Shown here piece by piece: positions 53,424-64,000 of a stretch of DNA of 64,000 bases. Positions within the stretch are counted from its first letter, which is position 1. Each line of letters opens with the position of its first letter. Source of the stretch: Candidatus Hydrogenedentota bacterium (GTDB lineage Bacteria; Hydrogenedentota; Hydrogenedentia; Hydrogenedentales; SLHB01). A program made the translations under genes and the position numbers. The stretch covers positions 608,001 through 672,000 of the forward strand of contig CAXXYE010000009.1 in assembly GCA_963674865.2 (NCBI GenBank), written 5' to 3'. Below the pieces are notes generated by a model. The model saw only the letters and a program-made list of their open reading frames with translations. It made no database searches and had not been told where the DNA came from.

Positions 53424-53499
53424 GCCGAAGGCACGTGGCGATATCTTCTACTCGGGGGTTTGCTCGTAGGGGCCTCCCCTTTCCTTGCTATTGAGCCGT

Positions 53500-54591
53500 T
53501 CAACTTTTGGTGACTGTGTCCACCAACGTCGCATAGTTCTCGTAGCAGCGTTCCGACATCGTCGGCACGTAAGGCGAGGCGGTCGGGCACACGATTAGGC
53601 CTTTCCTATCGTCGAACGCGTCGCTGATCAGGTCGGCCGCCATTGCCCGGACCTCATCGGGGGATTTGGTGTACATGTCGCCGATCTGGACATTGCCCTC
53701 GATACACACCTTGTCGCGTAATGCCGCTTTGGCCTCCTTCGGCGTCACGTTGCCCATCGGCGGCGGCTCAATCGGGTGAAGCACGTCCGCGCCCAGTGCC
53801 ACGAACGACGGCAGAACCTGCTTGATTGGCCCGTGGCTGTGAATATGCACCAAACCGCCCGCGTCGTGGATCAGATCCGTGATGGGCCGATCGTACCGCA
53901 CGTTGAAGTCATCAAAGTCCTTCGCACCGTGCAGCGGCGGCGTGACGTATTCCTCTCCCAACATCGCGAAATAGGGCCCGACTCCCTGAGCGAGAACGTA
54001 TTTGAGAATCCGGATAATGCGCTCCATTTCGCGTTGCAGCAGCGCGTGCAGCACCTCCCGAGCCGTCACGCTGAACATAGCGAATTGCGTTGAGCCGAAG
54101 AGGGACGCGACAATCCCCGCCGGGTTGAGGCCAATGCCGACCTCAACAATCCCGCGGTCGCCCAGCGCGCCGTCTGCATCGAAGAAGCTGGACACATCTC
54201 CCCCGACCTCCGGCAACGGGATCGACAGGTACTTCTCGGCGTCTTTCACGCTCTTGAGCAGATAGGTTTCCTCCAGGCCCGGCTGCCCTTTCAAGCCGTG
54301 AAGTCGGCTCGATGAAAGGTCTCCCGCGGGGGTGTGGAGAATCGTCACGTGCCGCTCGAAATCCTCTGAATGCGGCTCAACTCGGCACGTCTCGTCCCGT
54401 GGCTCCGCCAGGCCGCCCAGTCCCCAGCCTTTCTTCAGATCGCCTCGCGCCACAGCCAGACGCCGCAGAGGCTCGTAACTGGCGTGCGGCGGCGACGCCT
54501 CTGTCGCTCCGCGCAGGTAGAGTCCCGGGCGATCCGTTTCCCGGTGACGATAGCACCGATCCAACCGTTCTCTCGACGTGAGCACCTTCAT
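53500..54591 (-). CDS. Uroporphyrinogen decarboxylase-family (UroD/MtaA-like) protein
   Basis: TSRER....DRP N-terminus, TPAG.L, HIHSHG, HPIEPPPMG and IEGNVQ. Confidence 0.85.
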   Translation of the reverse strand: MKVLTSRERLDRCYRHRETDRPGLYLRGATEASPPHASYEPLRRLAVARGDLKKGWGLGGLAEPRDETCRVEPHSEDFERHVTILHTPAGDLSSSRLHGLKGQPGLEETYLLKSVKDAEKYLSIPLPEVGGDVSSFFDADGALGDRGIVEVGIGLNPAGIVASLFGSTQFAMFSVTAREVLHALLQREMERIIRILKYVLAQGVGPYFAMLGEEYVTPPLHGAKDFDDFNVRYDRPITDLIHDAGGLVHIHSHGPIKQVLPSFVALGADVLHPIEPPPMGNVTPKEAKAALRDKVCIEGNVQIGDMYTKSPDEVRAMAADLISDAFDDRKGLIVCPTASPYVPTMSERCYENYATLVDTVTKS

Positions 54592-54718
54592 GCGAAGCAT
54601 CCTCGATATCCCGTTTGTGAAGCGTCATGGTAGACGCCTCGCCCAACATCCGCAAGCCTGTTCCGCCGCAATCGCGCTGCTGTCGAGTTGCCCAGCGATT
54701 GTGGACTTCGCGCTAAGG

Positions 54719-54746
54719 TTGAACCGGTGCCCCCTGTTTGGTATGA
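54719..54746 (+). promoter_or_regulatory. Putative tRNA promoter
   Basis: TTGAAC-16 nt-TATGAT with an extended TG, followed by a GC-rich discriminator-like stretch. Confidence 0.5.
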
Positions 54747-54780
54747 TTCCCCGCCGCACAGGAGGGCGGCGAAGACTTCC

Positions 54781-54806
54781 GTGTCTCGTTCGACGAAACG
54801 AGACAC
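54781..54806. other. Perfect 10-bp hairpin in the tRNA leader
   Basis: GTGTCTCGTT-CGACGA-AACGAGACAC. Confidence 0.6.
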
Positions 54807-54816
54807 GCGCCTCAGC

Positions 54817-55764
<948 letters not shown>

Positions 55765-55910
55765 GAACGCCGAGCAAGAATACTTCGTCGAACTTACGAA
55801 ACAGAGTACTTAGATGTTTCAAGCTAGCGACGGGGCAGGCTCATCAGCGTGCTCTTGATTTCGAATTGAGACATTCACGTTGGCCCTGAGAAATGAAAGG
55901 GTGAGATCAG

Positions 55911-56519
55911 ATGGACAGACTCGACGAGGCAGCGGAGAACGTTCGAAAAGTCCTGCCGAACACTCATATCGAATGGGTAAGGGAGAATGTTGCCGAGAAA
56001 CTCGGCGTTACGCAAGAAGAAATGGCCCGGTTTCTCGCGGAGCAAGAAGCGCGGGCGGAAGAAAAAGCCAGACAGTGGCTCGCGGCCAAGGTCGAACTGT
56101 GCAGGAGCAAATCCTTGGAAGGGATCCCTCACGGCGACTTCTGCTGGGGGATGCAAGACCTTGACGGTTTGCTCGAAGAGACAGAGGTCGAGGCTCCTCT
56201 AGGGCGCGAAATATTGTGGGACGCGGTCGAACGAAACGACCGCAAGATTGGCGAGATGCCCGAGCGGTTTCCCGACGTGTCCTGCCCCTACTGGAGAGAC
56301 CTGGGATTTGGTGTGCGCTGTGAATTCCTCGAGGAACAGGCCGTGGGTATGTACGCTGAAGATTACGAAAAGGCATTGGCCGCATATGGTTCGGACGAGG
56401 AAATCGAGAAACACTTCACAGGCGGCCTTCTGCTCGCCGAGTCGATTAGGGGCTGCAAGAGGGTCATTGACGCTCTGAGGAAGGAAAAGGAACAAGACGA
56501 TAACGCCGCGCAAGGCTAG
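55911..56519 (+). CDS. Hypothetical protein (possible HTH-like motif)
   Basis: RBS GAAAGGGTG; VAEKLGVTQEEMARFL. Confidence 0.6.
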   Translation: MDRLDEAAENVRKVLPNTHIEWVRENVAEKLGVTQEEMARFLAEQEARAEEKARQWLAAKVELCRSKSLEGIPHGDFCWGMQDLDGLLEETEVEAPLGREILWDAVERNDRKIGEMPERFPDVSCPYWRDLGFGVRCEFLEEQAVGMYAEDYEKALAAYGSDEEIEKHFTGGLLLAESIRGCKRVIDALRKEKEQDDNAAQG

Positions 56520-56679
56520 GGGCTGCTGCCAGTTCGGCGCTCCGCTCGACAGTGACCAGACAGCGCGAAGGCGCCGTCGAGCCTCCTACGAACCAGAAGT
56601 TCTTCGCATCGCGTCTTGTGCCGCCAGAGGCGCCGGTAGGCCAGAACTCTCTATATGCACCTTCCCGAAATCTCCTGCC

Positions 56680-56895
56680 TTACCAGTGGCTGAGGTGCTC
56701 CACCCCGATGAGGTAATTATCGCCGTCGCGGTCAACAACAAGGTCGGTGACGGCGCCTCGGCCGGTGGCCGGGTCCCTGCGGTTCTTGTATTCGCTCGGG
56801 TCCGACGGGTTGTCGGCAAACTGGACGGTATCTTCCCCGTACCTGCTGTAGCAGTAGGCATTCCCGCCAAAGGCCGTGATCGTGTTGTTGCCCAT
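56680..56895 (-). CDS. Short hypothetical ORF or gene fragment
   Basis: AAGGGG RBS-like motif and coding-like codon bias; no recognised domain. Confidence 0.3.
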   Translation of the reverse strand: MGNNTITAFGGNAYCYSRYGEDTVQFADNPSDPSEYKNRRDPATGRGAVTDLVVDRDGDNYLIGVEHLSHW

Positions 56896-56927
56896 TTCCC
56901 CTTACTGCAGGTCGCGTATTCACCCCG

Positions 56928-59240
56928 TTACTTTCCTGCGTCGCGACGCTCCTCCGAGAGACGCAAACAGAACACCCGGTCGACCCAGATCCATTCTACC
57001 GCCTCTGCATTGTTGAGTGCCGTGAAGGCGACGCTTCCGTTGCCTGGCGCAGTGTGCGTACCAAAGTCAAGCAACCGATACTCGTTGCCTGCGACGGACG
57101 CAATGGAAACTAGGGGCGAAGGCGCCTCCTCCGGCACGTTGATGCCGCTGAGCTCGATACCGAACGCGTTGCCCGTCGTCGTCTTGGCGTCGCATCGCAC
57201 CAGTGCGTACCAATGAAGCGGCCCGAGTTCGGCCAGACACCCTGGGAGCCAGACCTGAATCCCGGAGCGCGAATGATTCGTGGACATCCTGGCCGCCCGC
57301 CCGTTGGAAGCCGCCGGGTCGTCGGTGAGTTCCGAGCATTCCCCTTCCCAGGCCAAAGCGAACTGACCCTCCTGGAAATCGATAACGTCGTCCAGATTGA
57401 CATGATTGAGTTCCGGAGGCAAAGGCAGTGGGGGCTCCAGCATGGTGCGCACATTGCGCTCGTACAGCTCGATGGCCCCCGTATACCGTCCGCCGCCTTC
57501 GCGATTCCTCGCTGCGCCGAAGGCCCGGCAAGCCTCAAAAAACCTGTCGGCCAACTCAAGGAAATCGGCACGGGTGCGCATGCCTTCCGGCATGGTCCCT
57601 GGGAAGAAGCGTGCCGTCTGATACCTTGCCAGGCAGGCATTGTCGAGGGCAAGACGTGACTTGCGCACCCTCTGGGCGTAGACAGGGGCATCCGCAACGG
57701 CCTCATGGGCTTCGTCAAACAGACGCACTGCTTCCCCGAGCTGTTCGGTCTTTAGCCAAGTAGACGCGTCCGTCATGTAGCACCGAAGCCTGATCCCCGA
57801 TTCCTGCACAGCCTTATGGACAAGGTTGAGGTATTCCCGTATAGGCGCCGCCGCGGCCCCGTACCATCCGTCGAGGAATTCGTCTATCAACACATCGACA
57901 TCTTGGGAGGGGTTCCAGAGCAAATGTGCCAATAGCCACGGGCGAAGCTCCACAAAGTCGCCGACGGGGCACTGGGCGTCACCCTGTTCGAACAGTCCGA
58001 TGGTCTTGTTGTCGGCAAAGAAACCGATATTCTGCGCGAGCACATGAAGGTTAGGGTGCGGCAGAATGTAGTTTCGAAAGTTGGCGACGTAGTCCCAGAT
58101 GAACAACTGGTGTGAGATTGCGCTCCAGCCCTCGATATCACGAACGAAATCGGGATCCTGCGCCCTTGTGGCGAGCGGCTGCGCGTAGGAGCACTCGATC
58201 GAGCACATCCGGATGATGACGTTGCGGCGGGGACGCACAATGTTGGGAGGCTTGCGACTCCAGGTGTAGGCCAGCGTTTCCACGTATACTTCCGGGTACT
58301 CCTTTTCGATCTCGGCCGCCACCTTATTCACGAACCGAAGAAGAGGCCCGGCGGGCGTTCCTTCTTCGTCAACGATCGCTTGGCAGGCGGCGCATGTGCA
58401 GTAGTCGCCTGAATCTCCCTGGCTGATCGATATCATGCCCGCATCGGGATTCTCGCGAATCAACTGCAAGGCATTGCGGGTCAACTCGGCGCGGCACTCC
58501 TCGTTGGCCAAGCACAACTGCACCTGCCAATCAGCAACACGCTTCCCTTTCACCTCGGCATACCATTCAGGATGGTCCGCGAAGTAACGTTCGGGCGGCA
58601 GCAGCGGGCCAAAAGTGTGCACGAAGAGGATGATCTCATAGTGTCCGCCGTAAGCTTCGCTGCGCTTACAGAAATGTCCGTTCACACGAGAGCGGGCGGC
58701 GAACTCGCCATTGTACATGTCCACGTAAAAAGGCTCGCGATAAAAGATTGCAGGCTGGTAAACCGTATCCAAAGGCGCAAAGGAAAGCTTGGGAGTAATG
58801 GGGATGCGGCGCTCGGTGGAGGTCCACCACCGACACCCCACGATATCTTCAAGGAACGTATACACGGCGTTGAGCGTGCCGCGTGGACGGCCCCCAGCCA
58901 GGTACAGGGCGCTGTCCATGGACTTCATGACGATGCCATCTGTGCCAAAGTCCACGGAGGCAAGTTCAGGAAAGGCAGCCCACAGTTCGGGGCCCGGGCC
59001 AACGATAATGCGCTTCTGCGCTGCCGCCTCGCCGGACACGATGGGAAACAACGCGCCGGTTGCCGTCTCGAGGTGTTCCTTCAATTCCCGGGCCGCTGTT
59101 ACCTCGGCGGGGATTGGGTCGTCCACAACCTGAATGACCCATCTCGATTCCCCGTCATTGGCAAGCGTGACGGCATGTGCGGGCACTGACCATAAGAACA
59201 GAATAAGCAATATCAAACTCGTGGCGATTGGCATCATCAT
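56928..59240 (-). CDS. DUF4838 domain secreted protein (GH20/GH67-like N-domain)
   Basis: Signal peptide; RGTLNAVYTFLE..GCRWW, VHTF..LLP..YF..HPEWY, QLCL.N and TLAY. Confidence 0.8.
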   Translation of the reverse strand: MMMPIATSLILLILFLWSVPAHAVTLANDGESRWVIQVVDDPIPAEVTAARELKEHLETATGALFPIVSGEAAAQKRIIVGPGPELWAAFPELASVDFGTDGIVMKSMDSALYLAGGRPRGTLNAVYTFLEDIVGCRWWTSTERRIPITPKLSFAPLDTVYQPAIFYREPFYVDMYNGEFAARSRVNGHFCKRSEAYGGHYEIILFVHTFGPLLPPERYFADHPEWYAEVKGKRVADWQVQLCLANEECRAELTRNALQLIRENPDAGMISISQGDSGDYCTCAACQAIVDEEGTPAGPLLRFVNKVAAEIEKEYPEVYVETLAYTWSRKPPNIVRPRRNVIIRMCSIECSYAQPLATRAQDPDFVRDIEGWSAISHQLFIWDYVANFRNYILPHPNLHVLAQNIGFFADNKTIGLFEQGDAQCPVGDFVELRPWLLAHLLWNPSQDVDVLIDEFLDGWYGAAAAPIREYLNLVHKAVQESGIRLRCYMTDASTWLKTEQLGEAVRLFDEAHEAVADAPVYAQRVRKSRLALDNACLARYQTARFFPGTMPEGMRTRADFLELADRFFEACRAFGAARNREGGGRYTGAIELYERNVRTMLEPPLPLPPELNHVNLDDVIDFQEGQFALAWEGECSELTDDPAASNGRAARMSTNHSRSGIQVWLPGCLAELGPLHWYALVRCDAKTTTGNAFGIELSGINVPEEAPSPLVSIASVAGNEYRLLDFGTHTAPGNGSVAFTALNNAEAVEWIWVDRVFCLRLSEERRDAGK

Positions 59241-59279
59241 GCCTGCGTTCTCCCGTCTTTGGTGCTTCGAAGCCGCCGT

Positions 59280-60650
59280 TTAGAGGTCGTGCGGCGTCCC
59301 AAAGCGCTCATAGTAGGGCTCCAGAGGAAACGGATGCGTATTGATGGCGACAAGCGCGAAGACGACCGGCAGAATCAACGCTGCCGCCACGATCAGAGTC
59401 CACCGCCGGCGCGTTTCCTCAACGGGCCTCAAGGCCGGCAGCGTAGGCGTACCTCGGCCCCAAATCGCCCAGATAACACCAATAACAAGGAGGGTGGGGA
59501 GATACCAGAGGCGTGTGTTGCGAAGGGAAAACGGTGTGTAGAAAACCATGCTTTTGACCGCACTCAAAGCGACGAAATAAAAGGCGTGAATGAACAGGAG
59601 GCCGTGAACCGCGACCCCCGCAACGGACTTCGGGCGACTGAGAAAGCGCCAAGAATACACCAGGACAAGGGCGGTCATGACAATGACTACGCCCGACGCC
59701 GTTGTGAGCTGACGGGCTGCGAAGCCAGCGGGATCAACCATCCCCAGGCTTTCCGCGGCCCCCGTAAACTTGTCCATAGAAAACGCAGCGGCGCGATTCA
59801 CGACCGGAATCCCTGCCGCAAGAAACAACAACGCGCCCCAGTGCGCGCCTCTAGACGGGGTGATGGTTTCCGGCCAATCGCGCGACAACACGGCATACGC
59901 CATGCCGACGCCTCCTCCGAATCCCAGGAGGAACTCCATAATATTCCAGCCATTGATTCCGGTGCCGATCACCATGTTAAGGGTTTGTATGAGATTGCCG
60001 AACGAGAATCCGATTCCAGCCCCGAGCGAGGCATAGCACGCCGTACGCAGAGCCCTGTGGTATCCTCCACGATGCAGGAACCATCCAAGCGCTGCGGAAG
60101 CACCGAGACAGGCTGCCCAACTTTCGTGGCGCGGCGGCGTCATCCGCCACTCCAGGGCGCCTATAATAACCACGTAGGCGAGGCAACCGAACGCAACCAT
60201 CTCCGTGATGAGTCTGTGCCATTCGGCGTTCCGAGGCCCTGACTCCAGTCCCAGTCCAAACAGCCCGCCCCCCACAAAGCCGTAAAGGCCCCCGACGAGA
60301 ATAAGCATGGCGTAACCGTATGCCACACTCGTGAAGTGAATTCCGCGTCCGCTCGCAACCATGAGGCCGTAGCTCATCGTGCCCCCCACCCCCCAGCCGA
60401 CGCCGCCCAGACAGGCGAGTATGGGTGCGCGTCGCAGCCAGTCTCTGCGGTTCACGGCTACGACGACCCCAAGAGCGCCCATGGAGCCCGCCCAAGACGC
60501 GCCCCATTCGTGGCCAAACACGCCACGTACGGCCCAGCCCAAGCCCAGAACCAGGCCGCTGAACACAAGAACAAAAGCGCTGGATGCTAGGGTTCCGCAC
60601 TTCACTGTTTGCTGCTCCTGTGCTTTGCGGAAACTTGTACTTGCTGGCAC
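59280..60650 (-). CDS. Multi-pass Gly-rich membrane protein of unknown function
   Basis: Many TM segments; GWAVRGVFGHEWGA, GGTMSYG and WNIMEF; start uncertain. Confidence 0.65.
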   Translation of the reverse strand: MPASTSFRKAQEQQTVKCGTLASSAFVLVFSGLVLGLGWAVRGVFGHEWGASWAGSMGALGVVVAVNRRDWLRRAPILACLGGVGWGVGGTMSYGLMVASGRGIHFTSVAYGYAMLILVGGLYGFVGGGLFGLGLESGPRNAEWHRLITEMVAFGCLAYVVIIGALEWRMTPPRHESWAACLGASAALGWFLHRGGYHRALRTACYASLGAGIGFSFGNLIQTLNMVIGTGINGWNIMEFLLGFGGGVGMAYAVLSRDWPETITPSRGAHWGALLFLAAGIPVVNRAAAFSMDKFTGAAESLGMVDPAGFAARQLTTASGVVIVMTALVLVYSWRFLSRPKSVAGVAVHGLLFIHAFYFVALSAVKSMVFYTPFSLRNTRLWYLPTLLVIGVIWAIWGRGTPTLPALRPVEETRRRWTLIVAAALILPVVFALVAINTHPFPLEPYYERFGTPHDL

Positions 60651-60759
60651 GCAGGCATCTATTGAAGTCGGCGCTTTACGGAGTGGGTACCTGAACCTAG
60701 TGTGAATGATACCACGGGTTGAGTGCCGAACCTACTCTTGAAGACCAGTTCATGCTCTC

Positions 60760-60954
60760 TTATCTAAAAGAGGGCGGGATACAACTCGCGCCGATGTAGG
60801 AGTCGGGGTTGGCGATGACGGAATTGAGGGTGGCGAGGCTGTCGCCAGGGTAAATGGCGGGGGAGCGCAGCGTCTCGAAAAGCATGCCGCTGCTTCCGCA
60901 AGCCGGGGGCGCAGGCCGTTTCCCCGGTTCTGCACTCAACTCGACAATGACCTG
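60760..60954 (-). pseudogene. Probable decayed, internally deleted N6-adenine methyltransferase (HsdM-like) relic
   Basis: Manual translation VIVELSAEPGKRPAPPACGSSGMLFE...IYPGDSLA..VIANPDSY resembles motif I DPACGSGGML and motif IV VIANPPF/Y. Confidence 0.4.
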
Positions 60955-60992
60955 TCAGCGCAAGGGCACTTCACTCCAAAGGAGTACGCCCG

Positions 60993-62243
60993 TCATTTCG
61001 ATTGAGACGGCTCCTCCCCCGCACTGCGTGACGTGAAATAGGCTAGAATGATCCGTGCCAATACCTGTTTCCCGCGACGGTTGGCGTGTACCGCATCCCG
61101 CAGGTACCACGAATGGGGACGCGGCGATTGCTCGATGAAGTTGTCCCAGGGTTCCCGCATATTGATGAACTCGACCTTTTCCTCTTCGGCCATGCGTTGC
61201 AGTCGCGGGCGGAAAGTCTCGACGTGCCGCCGGGCCGCATCAAGCGGCTGCCCCGATCGCTCTACGTAGCGCTCTCTCAACCGGTCCTCTGACGCGACCG
61301 CTCCCGTCATGACCGCGATATCAGTGTTCGCCGCGGCGCGTATCTGCTCGACAACGCTTTGGATAGCCTCGACGTTGTAGTTATGGCTCAATCCGGCGAT
61401 GATGACAAGGTTCGGTTGATAGCGCAGGACGTATTCCTGCACACGCCCTTCTTCTCTATAATAGGGGCATCCGGTTGCTCCACGTACGGAATTCACCACC
61501 TCAATCCGGCTCCCCGGATATGCTCGTTCTAGCAGCACATCAAACGCGGAATTGCCTGTGTCGTTAGCAATGCTGTCGCCGAGCAGCACTACGCGAAGGT
61601 CGCCGCCGGCCTCCAGCGTCTTCATGGTCGCCCCGAGATGTCGCCACCGCTTCCGGGGCGGTTCGTAGCGCAACGGAGGATTCCCCGCCGCCACATGATC
61701 CGCCCATTGCCTCACTTGCTGCGCGCTCGCAGGCTGCACACTGACCTCGCGAATATGCAGCGGCTGGGCCCTGGGTTGGAAGCGGATTCGTACGTGTGCC
61801 GCCAGCGCATGCGCCCGGAAGCAAACGCAGTCTGCATGCCAATCCTCCGAGGCGAAGACACTGTCGTAGCAATCCGCCGCGAGTTCTGCGCCCGATGCGT
61901 CGAAGAAGACGGCGGCGCAATAGCTGTCGCTTGACGTCCTTGACGTGAACCGCAACCGGTAGTACTGGTACGGCTGAACGGGAATGGCAGGACTGAACCA
62001 GTAACCTTGCTGGCAAGCCAGGTATGGCTCGTCGCTGTCCGCGTTCGCCCACTCCCCGAGGAAGGCGTTGTCGCCAAATCCCCTCCCCTCCCAACCGGCT
62101 ACCAGCGGGTTTTCGTGGAACTGTGTCGTTAGCAGCACAGTGTTCTCCTCAGCCGCAGGATTCCTGATTGAGGCAAACAGAAAGATAGCTAAAAGCAGCA
62201 CCTTTTGACCCACTCGCACGACGCCTCCCGTTCTTCGAGCCAT
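60993..62243 (-). CDS. SGNH/GDSL hydrolase with an N-terminal CBM-like domain
   Basis: LLGDSI, VRGATG and DAVHAN (DxxH); alternative GTG start near 62213. Confidence 0.75.
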   Translation of the reverse strand: MARRTGGVVRVGQKVLLLAIFLFASIRNPAAEENTVLLTTQFHENPLVAGWEGRGFGDNAFLGEWANADSDEPYLACQQGYWFSPAIPVQPYQYYRLRFTSRTSSDSYCAAVFFDASGAELAADCYDSVFASEDWHADCVCFRAHALAAHVRIRFQPRAQPLHIREVSVQPASAQQVRQWADHVAAGNPPLRYEPPRKRWRHLGATMKTLEAGGDLRVVLLGDSIANDTGNSAFDVLLERAYPGSRIEVVNSVRGATGCPYYREEGRVQEYVLRYQPNLVIIAGLSHNYNVEAIQSVVEQIRAAANTDIAVMTGAVASEDRLRERYVERSGQPLDAARRHVETFRPRLQRMAEEEKVEFINMREPWDNFIEQSPRPHSWYLRDAVHANRRGKQVLARIILAYFTSRSAGEEPSQSK

Positions 62244-62272
62244 GGTTGTCGAAGACGATCTGCAAAGACCGC

Positions 62273-63628
62273 CTATCGAACAAGACCGTTGATATACTCC
62301 TCGATGTTGGTGTAGCCGTCCCCGTCGCGGTCGCCGCATGCGTCCTCAGCGCAGTCCGGGTCGAGTGCCCTCTCCTTCTCCCAGTCGTCGGGCATCCCGT
62401 CTCGGTCGCCGTCGGTGGGTGCCGCGCCCGTCGCGTATTCCGGCCAGCCGCCGACTTCATCCTGGGAATCGATCAGCCGCCCCGTACCTGCCCGGATGCA
62501 CTCGACTACGCGAGTGTCTACCGCGTCACGTACCGGCGCCGTGGCGCCGGCCTTACTCAACACATCTTTGTAGGCTTTCTTGGCCGACGTGGTGGTGATA
62601 GGCACGCCGTCGAATAGGAACGCTTTGTCGGCCCAGTTGATATACGTCCGCCAGTCCGGAACGTGGACAAGAAGCTCGTTGTTCTTTCTGTGGACCTTTT
62701 GACCAAGCATCTCGTTTTTCGCCCAATAGAGATCGATGGGCATGCTGTCGGAACGCGTTAGGGAGTGGGCGAAATAATGTCCCTCGAGATGATGCCGCGT
62801 GTCGGCACCGGGCTTGTAGTAATTCGCGATGAAGTTGATCTGCGGACTGCCCGCGCTCGAACCGTAACCGGCCCCTCCCGGGCCGGCCCAGTCGTAGATA
62901 ACGTTGTTGCGGAAATCCAACCGGAGGTTCTTGCCGCCGATGAGGGGGTTGCGGGAGTAATTAAAGGCGTAGGCGTTATGGTGGAAACTCACGGTGCCCG
63001 CCGTACCTAGAATGGAGCCGTTTCCGTGCACACCCTTGGGATGGTAACTGTTGGTCAGGGCTTCCGAGATGATGGACCACTGGATGGTCACGCTCGCGGA
63101 CTTGTCGACGTTGACGGAGAACACTTCGTCGATGGCCCAACTCGCGGAGCAATGGTCAAAAATGACATTGACGGCCGGCGCCTTAACAGCGATGGCGTCT
63201 TGCGGGAGTCGGGCTCGATCACCAAGACGGCTTCGGAGGCATCGCACGATAATCTCTTCAGTCTCCAGGAAACGCACCGGATAGTTTCGGAGACAAATGC
63301 CGTCGCCGGGGGCGGTCTGACAGGCCAATGTCAGATGCGACTCCGTGATGTTGAGCGCGGCTTTCAGGTCGATGACGCCACCTGCTTCGAATACGACAAT
63401 TCGGGGCCCGGCGGTGGTGAGAGCCCAACGCAGACTGCCGGGGATGGGTTCTTGCTCGCCGGGGATATAGTCCTGCGTGTTGGTAACGACGAGAACCCTT
63501 CCTCCGCGGCCCCCGCGGGCGTACGCGCCGCCGCCTTCGGCACCTGGGAAGGCAGGGAGCCCGGCCGCGAAAGCCGTTCCGGCCAGGACAAGCATGAGAA
63601 TAAGAGTTCTAGGCAGCGTCTGTTTCAT
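62273..63628 (-). CDS. Pectate lyase (PL1-like)
   Basis: AFPGAEGGG, GGRGG, QTAPGDGI, DHCSASWAIDE, RNP and DGDRDGMPDDWE; RBS GGAGAG and signal peptide. Confidence 0.9.
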   Translation of the reverse strand: MKQTLPRTLILMLVLAGTAFAAGLPAFPGAEGGGAYARGGRGGRVLVVTNTQDYIPGEQEPIPGSLRWALTTAGPRIVVFEAGGVIDLKAALNITESHLTLACQTAPGDGICLRNYPVRFLETEEIIVRCLRSRLGDRARLPQDAIAVKAPAVNVIFDHCSASWAIDEVFSVNVDKSASVTIQWSIISEALTNSYHPKGVHGNGSILGTAGTVSFHHNAYAFNYSRNPLIGGKNLRLDFRNNVIYDWAGPGGAGYGSSAGSPQINFIANYYKPGADTRHHLEGHYFAHSLTRSDSMPIDLYWAKNEMLGQKVHRKNNELLVHVPDWRTYINWADKAFLFDGVPITTTSAKKAYKDVLSKAGATAPVRDAVDTRVVECIRAGTGRLIDSQDEVGGWPEYATGAAPTDGDRDGMPDDWEKERALDPDCAEDACGDRDGDGYTNIEEYINGLVR

Positions 63629-64000
63629 TATCGACTCTCCGAAGCTCTCATTTCCCATATCGACTTGTGCGTGACCACGGGGTAGCTCAACGACCATTCT
63701 GAACACGCACATGGACTCCGTCAAGAGGGATGCTGCTGTAACGGCTTGTGGCTGGCAGGTCTTGCGTCCCAACAACAGCTGTCGAGCGCGAGCGTCCTTG
63801 CCGTTGGCGCGGAGTTGAGCATCGCCCGTAACGTTCCAGGCGCCTTCGGCCCAGAGAACAACGCCATCCCGCCTTCTCACAACGATGCCAGGGGACCACA
63901 TGCAAGCAGTGTGGAACAAGCGTCCTATACGGACTTTCTGCAAATATCTCAGGAGCTTTCGCCGAAGGCACCGCCAACCGACGATGCGCATAAGGAGACA

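Noticed and set aside
63629..63991. N-terminal extension of the pectate lyase ORF
   Set aside because: RBS and signal peptide begin at 63628; the upstream sequence looks like a divergent intergenic region ending in an RBS-like TAAGGAG.

Overview
High-GC bacterial chromosomal window. The lineage cannot be established here; the CAZyme/sulfatase richness and integrase style suggest a Hydrogenedentota/PVC-like organism (inference only). In order: a translationally coupled glycosylation operon on the minus strand (three GT4 genes, a WecA/MraY-type transferase, a large O-antigen-ligase/TPR protein, partial aroQ); a CIRCE-controlled hrcA-grpE-dnaK-dnaJ operon; hldE; an ABC-F (Uup-like) ATPase; many carbohydrate-active or sulfate/phosphate-scavenging genes (DUF4091/GH123-like, GH95-like with HEAT repeats, clan GH-A, GH78, sialidase-like, two sulfatases, two tandem alkaline phosphatases, dgoD); focA; an orphan pilC-like gene; mpl; a dCMP deaminase; and several REP/MITE-like palindromic elements. 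tRNA-Glu is followed by a truncated tyrosine integrase, which marks a decayed island carrying pectin-type cargo and a probable hsdM relic. The most unusual observation is a 51-aa amphipathic peptide gene, absent from the ORF track, with its own promoter and RBS, lying near an APH-family kinase and an uncharacterised cupin. No CRISPR array, rRNA or intact transposase was seen.
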